The notes under the pieces: generated by a model
The model's input: only the letters and a program-made list of their open reading frames with translations
What the model was told of the DNA's origin: nothing
The model's database searches: none
NCBI GenBank assembly: GCA_964016885.1
Contig: OZ024743.1
Span: 368,962,001 to 369,026,000, forward strand
Reading direction: 5' to 3'
From: Eledone cirrhosa
Taxonomy: Eukaryota
DNA: 64,000 bases
Program-made: the position numbers and the translations under genes
Shown: piece after piece, positions 59,940 through 64,000 of the stretch
Layout of the letters: each line of letters opens with the position of its first letter
Numbering within the stretch: position 1 is the first letter of the stretch

Positions 59940-60346
59940 TATAGAAAGGATGAGAAGTTAAATGTTACCTATATCTTTTTATAACTGCAAGTTAAAATCT
60001 TCTAAGGATCTTGTTTTTTACAAACGATATAAGAGAAATACCTTAGTCGATGAGTTGATTGCTTCTTATTGGTAGTGACATGCTTCTGACTTCCAGGATA
60101 TAAATAAATATCTCTTTAACGCTCAATCCTCTTTAAAAATAATCTTTATTGTCGAAAGGAATATAGTAGGAGTCATTCTGAAATAATTCTTCATGCTTCC
60201 GTAGTCATCCCCTGGTCTCCAGTGTACTGTGGTTTTTCACCAGAGAGAGAGTGACCATGTATTCATACGCGATTTACCATTGGTCAGTTTAACCTTATTG
60301 CATATGAAAATGTTGCTATTGCAAGGTACAACGTAGTTCCACTACA
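59940..60346 (-). repeat. 5' LTR
   Basis: Matches 55314-55699 with a few substitutions and short indels. Confidence 0.93.
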
Positions 60347-60933
60347 TCACTATCGCCTGCACTTGGCATTAATGTAGAGACATTTTTCATCACCAGTGAC
60401 AATGGAACGTAACCAGTTGGTTGTGCAATGGTAAGAGAGCAGAGAAGTTGCAGTTGCTGTGCAACATTCATGATTATGGTCAGTCAGATTCTGGAGCACC
60501 CATTGATCCAGCCAGGATACCGCCCCAATTGCAAGCAAGTGATTGAGACTGGTTGTTTTCAATGCTCCAAATACTTCAGAGAGTTGGTGTGATGCCTGGT
60601 GTGGGTCACCTTCCACCAGTTCACGCAGTTGCTTATCATTGAAGTTGGATGGACATCCTGCATGTGGTCGATCTCCAAAGCTGTAATCATCGGAACGGAA
60701 GTGTTCAAACAAGTCCCTGGCACTGCGTTCAGACATAGTGTGTAACCCAAAGGCATTGTTAATACGATGCTTCTCTGTTTAGGCCAGATTTAAAGTCATA
60801 ATGTAAAGAGCCACAAATAAGTAATTTGGATAAATCCATGGATAGATCCCATTGACATTGTAACAGAAAATTAGAAATGCACATAGTGCATTTGAATATC
60901 ACTTTTTACTTTTATATATGTGTAAGATGATCG

Positions 60934-60968
<35 letters not shown>

Positions 60969-61041
60969 TGCATGTGCAGCCTTCAACATTTCCACAAAAC
61001 TCTACCAAAATACCTTCTTTTGAAAAATGTCCAACCCAATA
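60347..61041 (-). mobile_element. Mariner transposon, 5' half
   Basis: DRPHAGCP (GRP-like), WVLQNLT (WVPH.L-like) and IVTGDEK; TIR-like end CCAACCCAATA. Confidence 0.8.
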
Positions 61042-61079
61042 TCTATTTATATGTGTGTGTGGGTGTGGGGGGGGGGGGG

Positions 61080-61630
61080 TTGACATGTTCACAGACGAAA
61101 GAGGAGTAAATTCTTTTATATTATGAAAAAATATTTTTCTTCGATCGTGAAGCTCTCATATATTTATTGCATATAAACATATAGTATATGCTTTCATATA
61201 TAACCCTATTATTATGCTTAACTCTATCTTAGTGCTACTGCCAATTAATTATAAACAGCCAAGTTTGCACTATATGCGAATGAGGATTTCCAACTGATGT
61301 TTTCTATTTGCTATATGCAAATGAGCATCCCCAGAAAATCATCAATACACAAATCTATATAGGCTCCAGTCTATTTTCATCTCAGTACCAATTAAGTGAA
61401 TATCACTGGTGAGAGATTAACAAATCTTGAAACAGCTGTCTTACATTCTCAATAGTTACTGAGATATTGTGACATGTTCACAGAGCAAAAAAGAACAAAA
61501 TAATTTTTTTTATTATGAAAAAATATTTTTTCTTTGATAATGAGGCTCTCATATGTTTATGGTATATAAGCATAGTATATGCTTTCATATATATCCATAT
61601 TATGCTTAACACTATCCTAATGCTACTACC
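61080..61630. repeat. Diverged ~160-bp direct repeat (61080-61240 and 61470-61630)
   Basis: TGACATGTTCACAGA...TATTATGAAAAAATATTTTT...CATAGTATATGCTTTCATATA...GCTACT occurs twice. Confidence 0.75.
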
Positions 61631-61699
61631 CCTCCCATACACCTCCCTTGTTGTAATCACCCCCCCACCCCCTATACCTACCCCCCATGCATCTTCCCC

Positions 61700-61930
61700 A
61701 TCTCCACCCCACACCATTAAGTGGTCATTCTGGAGCCACGACTATAAAGTGGTCATGTTGGTGACAAAACAAATGTGTCCAGCCTACACTGTAAAGTGGT
61801 CGTGTAGGTGTCACAATAAAAACCACCCAGCCCACACTGTAAAGTGGTCATGTAGGTGTCATGACAAAAGGCACCTAACACACACTGTAGATGCGGTAGG
61901 CATCAGGAAGAGCATCCAGCCGTAGAAACC
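61700..61930 (+). mobile_element. SINE-like fragment with tandem CACACTGTAAAGTGGTC subunits
   Basis: Four to five repeats, then AGGAAGAGCATCCAGCCGTAGAAA. Confidence 0.6.
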
Positions 61931-63119
61931 ATAGTCAAGCTTTTTATTGTTAGATGTTTTTTTTTGCTGCTATTTCTAGCTATCCACATACTTATTCACA
62001 TCACATAGTCAAAACTGAGATGTGGTGGGTTTTTTTGAAGATCCATGTGCATTTCAGCCAGTCCTTAGATTTGTTTTAGAGGTGTAAGTTCATATGATTA
62101 ATTCCCTCTTGTCGATGATCCTAATTAAACATTCAACTTAACCCTTCCAAAGGTGAAACATGGCTCTGTAGCCATTAAGGAATTATGTATGAGAGAGTAA
62201 AATAGGTATTTAATGTCTGGTATGTTCCATTTGATATATTTTTGTTAAACTCACTATACTGCTCATTTGTAATTATATGTTCTTATATTCTTTAAAAATT
62301 ATCTCCTATCCTAATGTTTGATGTATTTCTATATATATCCATTCACTTTTGAATTTATATCAAGATCGCGGAATTGTTCCTTGAGCTTCCTTTGCAGGTG
62401 ATATGGTATGTGTCTGTAATTTTCTCAGACACAACATCTTTATTAATTTTATTAAGGTTAAATAGTGAGTCTTGTTACTCTGGAGTTTCGCCTGTTTATC
62501 ACAGGGTCATCAGAGAAGATATATATATATATACAATGGAAACTATATTTATAAAACCATATTTATTCTATTATATATATTTCAAGGGTACCAAAATGTT
62601 GGTACGCTTTCATCAGATAAAATACAAAGTTTGTTTCATAAATTTTGACATAACCAAGAAAAATACCTTAACAGTTCAAGTTTTCTTTGGATAGTGAAGG
62701 GATAAGAGAAGAAAAGACAGATATTTCAAATTATTAAGATGAGTATGCAAATGAGGTTGAGGTATAGGGCTGAAAAAACCCGTTATTTTAGACGCTATGG
62801 AGAATTTAAATAATCAGGATATGTGTATATGTGTATGTATGCGTAGGAAAGAAGAAAAAGGAAGAAGAGCTTGTATTTACGTTAATTTGGGGGAATGGTG
62901 GAATATGATTCCAGAATTTAAATTTATTTAGCTATATTATGAGTTATAATATTGTATATATAATCAATTAGATTATATGAAGAATTATGGTTGTAAGTAT
63001 TTTTATCTTATTACATTACAATAGGTTATATGTATATAAATATCTATATAGATTAATAATTGTGCATGTATAAGTATTATAGAAATAGAAATAATTTACA
63101 ATAATAGTACCATTCCGAA

Positions 63120-63540
63120 CAACAACAACTCCAGAAAATGTAACTATAGAATCAAATCAAACTGCCCTTTACAAAATAATTGGTTAGACAAAAACGTAGT
63201 TTATAAATGCACAGTTAAAACTAGAGACAAAGTATTTAACTATATTGGTGCCACTTCAACAAAATTCAAAGAACGCTGGAATAACCATAAACACACATTT
63301 AAGAGATCCGATAAAAAATCTTCTAGTTCACTTTCACATTTAATTTGGAACTTAAAAGACAACAATATAGACTATTCAATATCTTTGAGAACGATATGGC
63401 TTTCTCAAGATTCTGTAACTTTTGTATCGAAGAAATTTTTTATATAATTAACTGTCAAAACTCTATTAATCTTAAAACAGAATTATTTTCTTCTTGCAGA
63501 CATCGCCAAAATTCCACGTTCAGAAGTATTTTTAATTTAT
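63120..63540 (+). pseudogene. PLE GIY-YIG remnant (same type as the C-terminus of ORF 24417-25574)
   Basis: NCPL..KNVVYKCTV..NYIGATSTKFKERWNNHK..SSLSHLIWNLK..CNFC..E. Confidence 0.82.
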
Positions 63541-64000
63541 AATATTCCTATACACCTTCAAAATGATCCTATTTTCTTTAAAAGTTTTAATGTAAATTTT
63601 AAAAAATTTTTAATATTTCTAATTTTTTTAATATTTCTAATATTTTTACCTTTTGACATTAATTTTTTTATTTTTTTAATATGTATATATTTTTTTAATA
63701 TACATTTTTTTTATATTTTTAATTCTGACATTATTTTCCTAGTGATACCCCTCTAAATATATTTTTTTTAGTGTAGATTGATAATCTTTAATTGATATTC
63801 TGAAAATTTATCCTCTTTACGATAGTTCTTCGAAATGCACATTATGTTTTTCCTCTCCTTTTGATATTCAAACTTTCACACATCTTTCGACGAAAATAAT
63901 TAATCTCACACAAAATAATATATAATTTTCTCTATATATTTTCTGAGTAAATCATTCATCAAATTTAACGGTTAACAAACAAGATTAGAGTTATCTTTCC

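Larger units (their letters stand above)
55314..60346 (-). mobile_element. Gypsy LTR retrotransposon, CsRN1-like clade, structurally full-length but decayed
   Basis: Two LTRs, 4-bp TSD CCAC/TCAC, tRNA-Trp-like PBS, PPT, CHCC gag motif, and PR-RT-RH-INT order. Confidence 0.95.

Overview
This is AT-rich, microsatellite-dense eukaryotic DNA. The SINE types and the repeat mix suggest a mollusc, probably an octopod cephalopod (inference). No host protein-coding gene can be supported, and essentially all recognisable coding signal comes from decayed transposable elements. These are: two diverged Tx1/L1-clade LINEs (one near full-length); a tandem array of four R4/Dong-type LINEs in a (TAA)n tract; several RTE LINEs (one with a PHD finger inside the RT); a CR1-group fragment; scattered CRE-clade fragments; at least five Penelope-like elements or remnants, with minimal hammerhead-ribozyme motifs and fold-back palindromes; a CsRN1-type Gypsy LTR element nested in a mariner transposase; Helentron-associated (HINE/DINE-1-like) elements; and many tRNA-derived Meta- and CORE-type SINEs. 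The most notable observations are a conserved splice-donor/pyrimidine-tract/AG arrangement at the ORF1-ORF2 junction of both Tx1 elements (an in-frame ORF1-ORF2 fusion in one copy), a chimeric Dong copy that maps an unequal crossover, a possible Tx1-SINE 3'-end match, and several template-switch palindromes centred on hammerheads or (TA)n. Element boundaries were read by eye and are approximate unless anchored by TSDs or LTR ends.
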